A stretch of 63,689 bases of DNA, filler included, from Octopus bimaculoides (Eukaryota): NCBI RefSeq assembly GCF_001194135.2. It is 7 parts of 5 records of this genome, joined end to end, with 100 filler letters (N's around TTAATTAATTAA, not from the genome) between each part and the next. Parts side by side here need not be neighbours in the genome. Positions count along the whole stretch, not along the records: positions 23,225 to 29,719 come from NC_068995.1; positions 29,820 to 47,660 come from NC_069002.1; 5 more parts are not named here. One strand, given 5' to 3'. Below are positions 26,021 through 38,251 of the stretch, piece by piece. The first letter of the stretch is position 1, and each line of letters begins with the position of its first letter. Below the pieces are notes generated by a model. That model had not been told where the DNA came from, made no database searches, and saw only the letters and a program-made list of their open reading frames with translations. A program made the translations under genes and the position numbers.

Positions 26021-26522
26021 CATATGCAAACATACACACACATGCGCACATATACATAATCAGCTGCAATATAGTAACCTAGTTGTACTTCTGTTTTACC
26101 TGTTAATTAATAACTACAAGTAACATCTTTCATACTGTTAAGTCAGCCATGTTTCAAAGTAATTACATATGTTAAACTCATTAGATTTAATTAATGATTT
26201 ATTTTTTTTGCTGTAACTCTCCTCATCAAGCACGAAGACAAAAACTCATTCACATACTCCAACGCGCACGCACCCATTTACGGCATATACACACACTTTC
26301 AAACATTTATTTATATACCTATGTACATACATGTCATTGTGTGTGCATGTTTGTATGTCTGAGCACATGTGTATGCACAGGTAGTCTTTTGTGTGTGTGT
26401 GTGTGTGTAAATATATATATATATATATATTATGATATTAAGGAATGTCAAAATCCAAACTTACAAGGATATTCAATTTAGTAATACCAAATTGAATTTT
26501 ATAATAAAAAAAAATATATTAA

Positions 26523-26887
26523 TAATTTAGAGAAGTACCACCAAAATGCAATCCGAACAATGAAGGAGATGAGACACCATCAAGGAAAACGTATTCTACA
26601 AAATACTGGTTTAAAAATCTATAAAATCTAAAAGAAAAGTTTATAATCCATAAAATCTATAAAATATTAGATTAAAAATTTAATTCAGTTTAGTAAGTTT
26701 CTTTTTTATAAACTTACTAAACCGAATTAAATTTTTAATCTAATATTTTATAGATTTTATGGATTATAAACTTTTCTTTTAGATTTTATAGATTTTTAAA
26801 CCAGTATTTTGTAGAATACGTTTTCCTTGATGGTGTCTCATCTCCTTCATTGTTCGGATTGCATCTTGGTGGTACTTCTCTAAATTA
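26523..26887. repeat. Near-perfect palindrome: 178-bp arms, 9-nt loop
   Basis: Arms 26523-26700 and 26710-26887 were checked base by base: 176/178 complementary. Confidence 0.97.
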
Positions 26888-27684
26888 ATATATATATGTG
26901 TTCGTTCCGTTGTCTGTAGTTCATTGTTCTAACGTCCTGTACCCTGATATGCATATATATATACACATGTAGATGTATGTACATATATGTGTGTATACAT
27001 GTATATATATTCTTTGTATTATTATATATATATATTATATATATAGATTGGAAGGGTATAAGTCATGGAACAAAACTGACCAACCAGTCTCTCTACGCAA
27101 GATATTGACATAAAGCTGCGCGACATATGCAGTAAACTTGCTCCAGAGAGCACGTGCGCACTCATGCATACGCGAATGTACACACACACATATTAACAGA
27201 TGCATACATAGATATGCAACTAGTCGAGAGATGTTGAAATAGAAAGAGAGGAACGGAGAGGAAGGGGTAGAGTGGGACACTGAAGAAGATCTAAAGATAT
27301 TGGTAGAAGTAGATAGAGAGGGATATAAGTGTGAAAAGAGAGGGAGAGATAAAGAGAAAGATTGAGAAAGGAGTGAAAAGAAGTGAGACAGTTGTAGAGG
27401 AGGTGGAGGTGGTGGTGGTAGAAAAGCAAGAGGAGGAGGAGAGAGAAAGGGAAGTTGAGTATGATTGAATAACATATCAATGAAAGTAACTGTAGAATTT
27501 TAAAGCTACATAAAATATTGCACGTAAATATAAAAAGAGAGAAATTAAATAGAAGAAAAAGAATAACTACAATGATAATAATAATAACATTAACGACAAC
27601 AACATTTGTAATATCCAGCTAGGAGCGGAGTGGAGAGAGACAGGCAGAGTGTTGTGTCAAGACTCCATTTACAGGCAGAAGATG

Positions 27685-27982
27685 AAACATCCGGTAAGTA
27701 TTCAACAGAAAATACAATATGTGTTTTGCTGCTACAGAACGAACGTCTTCCGGTAACAATAAGAGAAAAGAAAAATGAAGAAAGTTACCCCAAAACCTCG
27801 AGAAAACAAAACAAAAAAAAAAAGAATGAATGAAAATCTTAAATAAACAAATAAACATATAAAGGAAACTGTCAATGAAGTGTTCTGTAATATTTACCGC
27901 TATACTAAGAGTGACATCCGGTTTAAATAATAATAAAACAATACAATAATTTTTGTCGCTATCAATCGAACTACTTCCGGTA
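27685..27982. promoter_or_regulatory. Cluster of four co-oriented ETS-type motifs
   Basis: ACATCCGGT (~27687), TCTTCCGGT (~27746), ACATCCGGT (~27914) and ACTTCCGGT (~27973), in otherwise CpG-poor DNA. Function is inferred only. Confidence 0.35.
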
Positions 27983-28324
27983 AAATGTTCATCAGAAAAT
28001 ATGAGGATTATCCCTGTAGATTATCACCGACGGAATTCCTCGATTTACCGAAGATTAAGGACTATATTACTGGGAAAATATTTTCTGCAGTTTTTGTGAA
28101 TTTAACAATCACAATTATGAACCAATGAAACAGGTTCCATGTGATGGAACGGGCTGCTAGAAATAGCTGTCAACTCCCTTTCAAACAACCTCTCAGAAAC
28201 TTTATTTTTTGTCGTTTAACCAGAGGAGAAAGAGTAGAGTCTTAGATCCCTTCTCAAGGACGAGATTAAGGAAACGAAAATGGGGAAGTTCAAAGTCGAA
28301 CAAAACAAGAACCGATAATGTGTT

Positions 28325-28385
<61 letters not shown>

Positions 28386-29370
28386 CTTCACAAATATACA
28401 CACATACACATATAATGCTATGTGCCATGTGAGACTGTTATAAGTTGATTTCATTGCCTCACTGATAGGGGAAAGAAATGCCTGTGCTGAAAGAGCTGAA
28501 AGATAAAGAAAGTATCGTGAAGCGTTTAAAGCGATAGATATATAGATTAGATGCATGTGCTTATGTATGTATGTATGTATGTAATCATGTATGTATGTAT
28601 GTATCAATGTGTAAGTATATATGTACAAACACACACATATACACATGCATATATATTTATACACATATACACACGTATATATTTATAGTAACATTGGATT
28701 AAAAATATAAATATATGTATATATGTGAGTGTATGTGCGTGTGTATGTGTGTGCGTGTGTGTGCGAGTGTGTGTGTGTATCTTAATTCTGTGTAGAAACT
28801 GTATCCACATGTGTGTATGTTCAGTAAAATATTATATACACCCGTAAATGTTTCTTCACTTCCGTGAAATTGTTTCGCTTACTTAATGGCATGTATATAT
28901 GTGTCTGTATATATCTGTGTGTATGTGTGTGTGTGTGTGTGCGTGTACGTGTGTGTATGCGCGCGCGTGTGCATGTGTGTTTCTAAGTATGTGCATTTCT
29001 CCATGTTTCTATGTACAACTATATATATATTTATATACATATATATATAGACATATCTGTCAGATTGTCTGCATGTGCCTATGTATGTTTGTATATATGC
29101 GTGTGCATGTGTTGTGTGCGTGTCTGTGTGTGTGTGTGTGTGTGCGTGTGTGAGAGAGAGAGAGAGACAGGCAGACAGACAGAAAGAGCATTTCAATGTG
29201 TGTATGTAAGATAATACGCTTTTATGTGTCTGTGTAATAAAATATGCGCGAGCGCGCGCTTGTTTGCGTTTGGTGAGCGTTGCTCTTTTTTTTTTTTTTA
29301 GTTTAGTTGTATATTTTATGCATACGTAATCCTGGCTCCTTGCTGGTGGTGGTAGTGGTGGGGATGACGG

Positions 29371-29431
<61 letters not shown>

Positions 29432-29987
29432 AATTAAAGTGATGTTAAATGTAATGATGATGGTGATGTTGATGGTCGTGGTGATAATGGAGTCGGAAAT
29501 CATGATGGTGGCGGTGGTGGTGGTGGTGGTGGTGAAGACGGTGATCCTCGGTATGGTGGTGGTGGAGATGGTGGTCTGGAGTCATGATGCTGATGGTGAT
29601 GGTGATGGCGGTAATTGTTGTGGAGGTGAGTTGATTTGTTTTTTTTCCGTTAACGATGCCAAAACTCTGTTAGAAATATGGTGAAAGTGGTACGAGTCAA
29701 GGTCTCCACCACCAGCACCNNNNNNNNNNNNNNNNNNNNNNNNNNNNNNNNNNNNNNNNNNNNTTAATTAATTAANNNNNNNNNNNNNNNNNNNNNNNNN
29801 NNNNNNNNNNNNNNNNNNNAGGAGACAAACCGAGCGAGAGGGAGGAGACAAACACAGCGAGAGGGAGGAGACAAACACAGCGAGAGGGAGGAGACAAACA
29901 GAGTGAGAGGCAGAGGGTGGAAACCAGAGGGCGGGGAGGAGACCAGAGGGCGGGGAGTAGTAGAATAACCTAAGATGATTTACATAC

Positions 29988-30082
29988 CCAAATATGGAAT
30001 TTTGTTCATTCGAGCCCATTTAGCGGCCTGGATTTTGCCATTTGTTCCGCGGATGCCAAAGCCTCCAGGGACTAGAATTCCA
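29988..30082 (-). CDS. CTPS: CTP synthase exon ([32 protein letters not shown]), glutaminase-domain PGGFG motif
   Basis: 95 bp, ttgcAG|...|GTATGT, phase 2 to phase 1, in frame with the preceding exon. Confidence 0.97.
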
Positions 30083-30584
30083 CTGCAATGTAAAAATAAC
30101 GACATTTTACTCTAATTACCAGCTGATAATTATTATACTAATTAATCCACAATACTACTGAAATACACAGCAGGGAGGAAGGGGTAGAGAGAGGAAATCA
30201 GATGGACAGAGAGAGGAACACTTGTTTGGTTTAATGGTCAGAGACTTGTTAGAAAATGGTGGAACTGCCAGATTAAGTGATTGTCTCGGATTCTTAGAGA
30301 ATCAGAAATTGAAGAACATAAAGCACCAAGCCAGCTTTATACAGTTTGCATTCTGTAGTTGTAAGGGCTCAATGAATAAATAAAAACTGGTACCTGTAAT
30401 ATACTCGTGCCAATTCAATGAGAAAATTGTCATAGAAGGATGGATGGTACTACTGGTCTAGATGTCAAGATTTTTAAACAAAAGACATGAACATTTTCTG
30501 TAACATTGTGAAGGTTGCTACAAAGATTAGAACTTGTAACACTGAGGTCAGCACCTCACAGTCACAGTGGGAAAATCTTGTATT

Positions 30585-30795
30585 TTGACCTTTTTGATAC
30601 CAACCTGTCCAAGACTGCCCATGGTTCCATGATACAAATTTCCTGTTTCAAAACGATCTAAATTAAAATCTACCTCGTTAAATTACGTCCCAAACTCCAT
30701 ATTAAGAATAGCAGTTATTCGACTAAATTATTTTCAAAATAAATTATAAACAAAGGCTTTGCAATTTAACAGAAATATGGTAACAAAATGGTTAA
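30585..30795 (+). mobile_element. piggyBac-like MITE family (TTAA CCCTTT.GATACC ... GGTAACGAAAGGG TTAA type)
   Basis: Related copies at 32010-32220, 32743-32930, 34420-34545, 43685-43745 and 45340-45442. Ends resemble TTAACCC...GGGTTAA. Confidence 0.6.
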
Positions 30796-31274
30796 TTGGC
30801 TGGATCAAGAAGCCCCCCACCCACCTCTTAGTTGACTTTCCCAGGAACTGAATTCTTGAATTTTAGCAAATGTTAGGAATAGTGACGAGGTGAAAATAAC
30901 AACATAACAAAACATTAAGAACACGATGAGAGAATCCAATAATGGCAGAGACTTTCCATTCTAGGGAAAAAAAAAAAAAACTTTGAAGCCACCTCAGACA
31001 GTTTCTAAACTTGTTTAGACCTTATCAACCATCTCTGAGAAGTAATTGGCAAAACAGAGTCCTGGAGCTGTTTTGTGAAATAACAGGCTACCAACAATAC
31101 TAAATGGGGGGAGAAAGAGAGAGAGAGAGAGTGTGTGTGTGTGTGTGTGCGTGTGCGTGTGTGTGTGTGTGTATGTATGTTATACTTCAGATACATTCAA
31201 TAATTTCCTTTAGTCACAACCAAAAAGTGTTTCTTCATGTGTTACAAGTAATAATGGTGTTTGTGTAACAAATG

Positions 31275-31306
<32 letters not shown>

Positions 31307-31360
31307 CATACATACACACACATGGACATAGATACCTACACACACACACANNNNNNNNNN

Positions 31361-31392
<32 letters not shown>

Positions 31393-31656
31393 CATACACA
31401 CACATGGACATAGATACCTACACACACACACACACACACACAAATAAATAAAATAAATAAATAAATAAATAAATAAATACAAATATACATTCACTAATGT
31501 GAATGTGTTGTTGATCGTCTATTTGGTTGGATTTTTTTTTCCTGTCCTCGCTGAACCCATAACATCGAGAGATTTTGTAATATATTTATGTACGTAAGGA
31601 TATTTTCATACACACAAATGCACACATTCATAAATGTGCGCACGTGCACACACGCG

Positions 31657-31848
31657 CGAGGGAGTGCTCAAAAGTTCCCGGCTTTAGGTAAAAGAAAATA
31701 CAGGAGGGTAAGTTAATTATGATTTTATTCAATGTATTCTCCTCTCAGATTTATACATTTATTGCAGGGGTCTTTCAGTTTTTCGAAGCCCTCTAACGAG
31801 GCATTTGGTAATGCCCTTAAAACCAGGAACTTTTCAAGACCCCCTCGT
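31657..31848. mobile_element. Mariner-type MITE (~190 bp)
   Basis: Imperfect TIRs CGAGGGAGTGCTCAAAAGTTCCCGGCTTTA / TAAAACCAGGAACTTTTCAAGACCCCCTCG, followed by TA. Confidence 0.7.
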
Positions 31849-31885
31849 ATATATATATCCACACAAATTACAAGAGCCTACTCAC

Positions 31886-31974
31886 TTGGATCCAACCAGT
31901 TGGTGCCAAGCCTCATGATATTTACTTGGATTCTCCTTCTGGGTCTCCAGTTCCAGATCATCTGCTTCTATGTA
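31886..31974 (-). CDS. CTPS: CTP synthase exon (YIEADDLELETQKENPSKYHEAWHQLVGS)
   Basis: 89 bp, ttgcAG|...|GTGAGT, conserved YHEAW. Confidence 0.96.
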
Positions 31975-33125
31975 CTGCAATAAAAGAAGAATCATTAGCA
32001 CCACTATCATTTCTAACCCCTTTGATACCAATCCATCAAAGACCATCTCTGGTTGCAGGATACACAAAAATAAAAAAAAAATAAAACTTTCCTATTTGAA
32101 AGTGTTTATATTTGAACCATTTCATTCTGTTCTATTTCCCAACATCCATTTTAATTATTTTCTAAATTCATTGAAATACATGAAATATATTTTGTAAGAA
32201 ACACAGTAACAAATGGATTAATGTAACGTCTTGTCACCAACATTTGGGAAACAAAACCAAAGTAGCCAAGAAAAAGACAGTCAATGTAGTTGCCAGTCAA
32301 AATATTACCTCTCCATTTACCCGAAGGCTTTTGAGCAGCAGAATGGGCTGCTATTTCTAGCATACCATTCAACCATACACAAGTCCCCCCAAAGTAAAGT
32401 TATGGCCACATCATCCAACAAAAGAACTTATGCTTCTTCGTCAGGAAGCCATTCATTGTAATGTCATCAATGTACGACACACGACAACAAAGATGATCAA
32501 ATCCCAGAGCCAACTATTCATTCCATCCCCTTGAGGGAAGGGCTCAATAAAAAGGCACCAACCCAGAATGGATTTGTAGATCTGTAAGAGGGGTGAAATG
32601 AGATTCCTTATAGTATCTGTTGTGGTTCTGCTACAACACTGGTGCCAAGCAATATATGTCCAAGTCAGTGGCTTTCCTCTTGGATAAACATCAGTGGTAT
32701 GGAGAGAGGAGACTTGTATCTATGGGCAACTACCATTCTTCCTTAACCCTTTTGATAGTCACCCACCTGAGAAAATACCTGGTTCTATGATACAAACTGC
32801 TTGTTTTAAAGTAACATAATTTAAAACCTTTCATCAAATTCTGTGTTCTTTTACTAAATTCTTTATATTTTCAAATTTAATTGAAACAAAGGGTGCATGT
32901 TTTAAAAGAAATATGATAACCAAATGGTTACAATTGTCATGCCCAGGCCTGCATGTACGTTTTCAGAGGAACGGTCAACCCTGACTGATAGAGACCTCAC
33001 CCACCCTATAAACCACAATTTCACGGTAGCTAAGTAAGTAGGTATGACATTAAGAAAGAGAATGTAATTTGTTAAGTTACTCTGTGTTATACTAATGAAA
33101 TACAAAAAACATTCACCGTGCTTAC

Positions 33126-33258
33126 CCTTAAATTGAGACGATGGTTTACAGCAAGGGAAGAATGTTTCAAGGCTTTTATGACAGAAGCATAAGCATCTTC
33201 TAGTTGTGTGTATTTACCAACCAAAGCTATGGTGACGTCCTTTAATAAACGGTCATAT
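33126..33258 (-). CDS. CTPS: CTP synthase exon ([44 protein letters not shown])
   Basis: 133 bp, ttacAG|...|GTAAGC, IALVGKY...DAYASV.KAL motif. Confidence 0.97.
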
Positions 33259-35221
33259 CTGTAACATAAACAGTCATGTATACAACAAACAGCACAACCA
33301 ATTAACAGCGATCAGATCTGCAACATAAACGACACAACAATACATAATGAAAGTAATAACATCATCACCATCATCATCATCATCCGTTTTCCCATACTGG
33401 CATAGGTTGGATGGTTTGGCAGGATTCCATGGGTACAAGGGCTGTATCATGCCCCAGGTGTCTACTTAGGCATGGATTCCGTAGCTACATGCCCTTCCTA
33501 AAGCCAACCACTTTACAGTGCACTCGGTGCTTTTCTCATAATACTAGTATTACTGAGGTCACAAAACTGAGATCCCCTTCGACTGAATGGGAGATACACT
33601 AGACAGGGAGGTAGCTTTATGCTTGGAGATGAAGGATGTTTGAAGGAAGGGGCCAGAACAGAAAAGCTATTTTGCTGCAGTGGATCTATCTATATGGCTA
33701 CTTACATTTTAGCAAAGAGATTAGGAATAACCAGGGTGGAATTGAAAAGATAAAATAAAATAGAGGGGATCAGGGATCAGGGTGGACCCTCAAGATACAA
33801 GGAAATGAATAGAAGTGAATGAGATCAAGTGGGGGTATGGTAAGAAATTTGCTTCTCAACCACATGGTTCCAGCTTCCATCCCACTGCATGGCACCTTGG
33901 CCAGATATGTGAATGGGTTAAAAGGTGATGGTGCATCACCATCATCATCATGGAAATGGTGACAATGATGAAGGTGGTGATGATGACAATATCAGTTATC
34001 TCTAAATTCGCTCTACAGGAACTAATATTTGTTAGACGCAGATGAAAATCTACAACCAAAATCAGCAATATCACAAGACAAGACATGAGGCTACAGCTTT
34101 CCAAAAATGGTAGTTGGCATAAATAAAACAGGTGTTGTAATCAATATGGAATGGTCCATCAGTGCTATATAAAAACGTTAATACCAAATTGTTTTTTTAC
34201 ATTGGCAAAGAACCAGGAATTGGTAGGAAATGAATAGAAGTTGCATTAATTCCAGTATGACAGGAATCTCAAGAAACAATATTACTCATGTTTTAACTTC
34301 AGGTTAGACAGGATTGTGAAGGGGGAACAATCAAAAGCATTCTAACCATGACCATTACTTGGTACTTTAATATCCAACACTACATTATCTTCTGTTTTTT
34401 TTTTTTAACTTTTTTTTTTATTGCCAACAGATTGGAGATCAACCCCTGGTTCTTTGATATAAAGTGATTTTAAATTAAAACCTCCCATCGAAATCTCATG
34501 TTAAATTAAATTCCAAACACTAACTCCAAATAAGTTATTTTACTAAATCTGTGTGTGTGTGTGTGTGTGTATGCGTGCATATNNNNNNNNNNNNNNNNNN
34601 NNNNNNNNNNNNNNNNNNNNNNNNNNNNNNNNNNNNNNNNNNNNNNNNNNNNNNNNNNNNNNNNNNNNNNNNNNNNNNNNNNNNNNNNNNNNNNNNNNNN
34701 NNNNNNNNNNNNNNNNNNNNNNNNNNNNNNNNNNNNNNNNNNNNNNNNNNNNNNNNNNNNNNNNNNNNNNNNNNNNNNNNNNNNNNNNNNNNNNNNNNNN
34801 NNNNNNNNNNNNNNNNNNNNNNNNNNNNNNNNNNNNNNNNNNNNNNNNNNNNNNNNNNNNNNNNNNNNNNNNNNNNNNNNNNNNNNNNNNNNNNNNNNNN
34901 NNNNNNNNNNNNNNNNNNNNNNNNNNNNNNNNNNNNNNNNNNNNNNNNNNNNNNNNNNNNNNNNNNNNNNNNNNNNNNNNNNNNNNNNNNNNNNNNNNNN
35001 NNNNNNNNNNNNNNNNNNNNNNNNNNNNNNNNNNNNNNNNNNNNNNNNNTACTTGGTACTTTAATATCCAACACTACATTATCTTCTGTTTTTTTTTTTT
35101 AACTTTTTTTTTTATTTTCAACTCACCTGTGACACCCCACCCCCACCCTGGTTACGGTACAAACTTCCAGTTTTGAACATAAATCAGGTACAGTTCTATA
35201 TTTAAGAGATGACAAATTATT

Positions 35222-35366
35222 TACATTTGACGGATATTTGTTCTCATCTTGTTTGTTGTTAACATGTTCCGGCTGATATACCCTCCAGCCTTCATCAGGC
35301 GTCTTGGGGAAATTTCGAACCTGGGTTCTCATTCCTAAGGTATTTTTCGATATTATTATCATTATT
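35222..35366 (-). mobile_element. Short repeat with a decayed hammerhead-like core (Penelope-like signature)
   Basis: Minus strand reads CUGAUGA-A-GGCUG(10 nt)CAGCC-GGAA-CAUGUU: perfect 5-bp stem II, GAAA changed to GGAA, no stem I. Confidence 0.4.
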
Positions 35367-35840
35367 CCAGGCAGTGACCTGGTGACCGAGACCTTTGGAA
35401 ACTGTGCATGAGAAGACCCGGCAAGCCCAAGTGAGACCAAAATCCAAGGCCTCTCCCAGGGATGTAGCCAGCCCACTTACGCGTAACAGTCCTTCATTGG
35501 ACACTAAACTCCGCTTGCGAAGACCTGTTAAGGCAAGTGAAAGCAAAATCGAACTAATTTTGTAGATTAACAACGAGGATGAGAAACATTTTCATCACTG
35601 CCAGGAATAGCAAGAAATGGTCCTGTACTCTGAGTAATATCTGGCCTCTCTAATTGAACGGTACAACTGAAGCCGCACCACAAGGATTGGAAGCTGTGAC
35701 ATTATGAAAGAGTTTGAAAATGGAGAAAATGAATGATCGGAACCACTGAATTTTATGGCTAATCACAAGGCAAGAAGACATATTTAGCCTGGCTTCATCA
35801 TCCCAATCTAATTTCAGTTTTATTCCAATGAAATGACTAG

Positions 35841-35877
<37 letters not shown>

Positions 35878-35982
35878 TGCACAGCAAATGTGTATATGAA
35901 CTGACACAGGACCACGCAGTCAGCCCTAACAGAAAAGTGATATTAAGACCAACAAAGATAGATTTTCAAGGACAAGACTCAC

Positions 35983-36063
35983 CTGGTCTGGTAGAACATG
36001 GCAAAATAAGGAAATTTTTTCACGGACGGAAGCAGGGATCTTCCTTTCACTTCGGCAAACAAT
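35983..36063 (-). CDS. CTPS: CTP synthase exon (IVCRSERKIPASVREKISLFCHVLPDQ)
   Basis: 81 bp, cttAG|...|GTGAGT, phase 0 at both ends. Confidence 0.96.
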
Positions 36064-36792
36064 CTAAGAAAAACAGAGAAAAATGTTAAATGCCACAAAA
36101 ACAAAACAAAAAAAATACATACAATGCAGTATACTCTTTTAATTGTTTCAGTCATTTATAACTAAGGGTACCGGATAGCACCTATATTACTAGAAATAAG
36201 AGTTAAAACCCATTTGATTCACAAGAAAGCTTATCTTGATATATACTGACAGGAGTTATTTCCCCTGCCAGTACATGAAAATGTGCTTTCTTGTGACTTT
36301 TAGGGTTTTTAACTTATTTATAGCACCTTCAGCCACCCATTAGTGACGTGTGTGTGCGTGCGTAAATACACACGCGCGCACAAACTGTTTGTGTTACTGA
36401 GATAGGTTACTGCTTTTCACTTCTCTCTCTGGCAAAGTCAAATATGCTAGGTTTCCACAATATTTGGAAAATGAATTACACTGCTTACATGACAGTGGCA
36501 CTCATTTACAATCATCACATGTCTAGATACACATACATACACACACACACACAAACAGGCATTTTGCAGTTTCCAAAATCCACATACAAGATTTTGGTTA
36601 CCACGAAGCAGGACTGAACATGGTTGGGAAGCAAGCTTCTAAACCACCCAACCAGGCATGCGTCTGGAATGGCCATTTGAAACTTATCTAATATCTTGAA
36701 CTCCTCCAACTAGTTTTTATTCCAAAATTTATAGCAGACATCTTCAAAAAACAACATGACACATGATAAAATCCTGGTCCCTTTTTACTTAC

Positions 36793-36876
36793 CAAATCTG
36801 GGGACAGTCCCAGTCCACGAAGTTCTCTGACACTGGCCTGTGTTGGCTTGGTTTTTTGTTCTCCTGTGGCATGAGG
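36793..36876 (-). CDS. CTPS: CTP synthase exon ([28 protein letters not shown])
   Basis: 84 bp, tttAG|...|[14 protein letters not shown] motif. Confidence 0.98.
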
Positions 36877-37552
36877 CTAAAAGAGAAAATAAATGAACAA
36901 AATAGTTGTACCTCTTCATTATCTTTTAGACATCACACTATCTCTCACACACATACATGCATAGAAAAAGATGTAGGCATATGTATTTATGTGTGTGACT
37001 GACTTCAAATACATAAAGCTGAACACTGCGTGCGAAAAGAAAATGAAAATTTTTTTTTACAGAAACCAACGAAGTGTGCGAGTTCAGAACAAAATCAAAC
37101 CTGGAGTGTATGTATGAGAGAGACAGAGACAGAGAGAGACAGACAAACAGAGAACATTGCAAACAATGAGATAAACATGGAATGAAAACTCATATAAATA
37201 AAAGCATGTTTAAAACTATCTTCAGCCAAATATTTAAATTTGTGAACTTTGTAAATATTTCTTTCAGTAATTTATCATAATTGTTTACTAATTGCAAACA
37301 TTAAAATAGAAAGTGAGAGACTTTGCCATTTTTACGTCAATACCGAAAGTTGACATTGAGAAACCTTTTTAAAGAAGTGAATCATATTAAATTCTAAAAT
37401 AATCATGAATTTAGACTAGTCTCATTAAACACCTGTAACTTTTTTATTTATCAACATATTACTGTGATATTTGGAACATAATTAAAGAAAGGGTTCTTAA
37501 TTCTATTGCATAATTTTTGTCTCAAAGTTCTCCACGTACTGTNNNNNNNNNN

Positions 37553-37746
37553 GTAAATATCGGTTCAGCTTCACGAATCGTACTCGTTCATAATACTGGA
37601 AATATCGTCATCACCAAAAGGTTCCTGATCGCTCCAGTAATTTATTATTCTGGATAACTGTCTAATACCCATAATAATATTTATGGCAAAAAATGCCCGT
37701 ATTTCATCTACAGTTGCTATGGCCGGGTTAGTAACGAAAGGGTTAA
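37553..37746 (-). mobile_element. Internally deleted piggyBac: terminus joined directly to a transposase fragment
   Basis: TTAACCCTTTCGTTACTAACCC end, then TVDEIRAFFAINIIMGIRQLSRIINYWSDQEPFG...IM/RVRFVKLNRYL with one frameshift. This fits the piggyBac transposase pattern E...F....I.MG......YWS...M...RF. Confidence 0.8.
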
Positions 37747-37916
37747 GCCCCTTAGCATTCAGATTATCCTGTCAAATGTAATGCTTATTTATTCACATTG
37801 CTTTGAATTAATCAAGAATGATATTATTAGGTGAGGGGCCAGATTTGGCCAGCTTGAAAATAAAACAGGAAGAATATTTTGGCTTGATATGACTAGTTTA
37901 AATGTCAAAAGGTTAA
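37743..37916. mobile_element. piggyBac-like MITE (TTAA CCCTTTAGCATT ... AATGCTAAAGGG TTAA family)
   Basis: TTAA at both ends. Other copies at 39730-39915, 43747-43972(-), 43975-44100 and 46113-46230. Confidence 0.7.
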
Positions 37917-38134
37917 ATAATATCAATCTTTATTGCCCTTTTTAAATTTAAATTGGTAAAGAAAAACTAAAATTATCTTGCTCATTATCCTTTAACTCTT
38001 TAGCAATTAAAACCAGCTCCTGTCAAACCCTCCAACCCATGCCAGCATGGAAGGAGGACGTTAAATGATGATGATGAAACTATATGAAGATGGTAGGAGC
38101 AAGAAGTGGCAAAAATAGGTTTGGTAGAACTTAC

Positions 38135-38251
38135 CTGTGGAATCAAACTGACATGCACGCTGCAGAAGTTCTCTCTCTTCACCCGGAACTGGAATTGGCG
38201 GAAAGCTTCAACAAATGGCATGCCTTCAATGTCTCCAATTGTTCCACCAAG
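38135..38251 (-). CDS. CTPS: CTP synthase exon ([39 protein letters not shown])
   Basis: 117 bp, ctgaAG|...|GTAAGT, (E)LGGT.GDIE motif. Confidence 0.98.

Noticed and set aside
31268-31440. Direct duplication around a 10-N gap
   Set aside because: Identical flanks differ only in microsatellite length, typical of unmerged contig ends or alleles.
35120-35280. Consensus donor CACAG|GTGAGT in the right phase for the missing CTPS exon
   Set aside because: The upstream frame translates to unrelated, repeat-derived sequence (..VCTVTRVGVGCHR).
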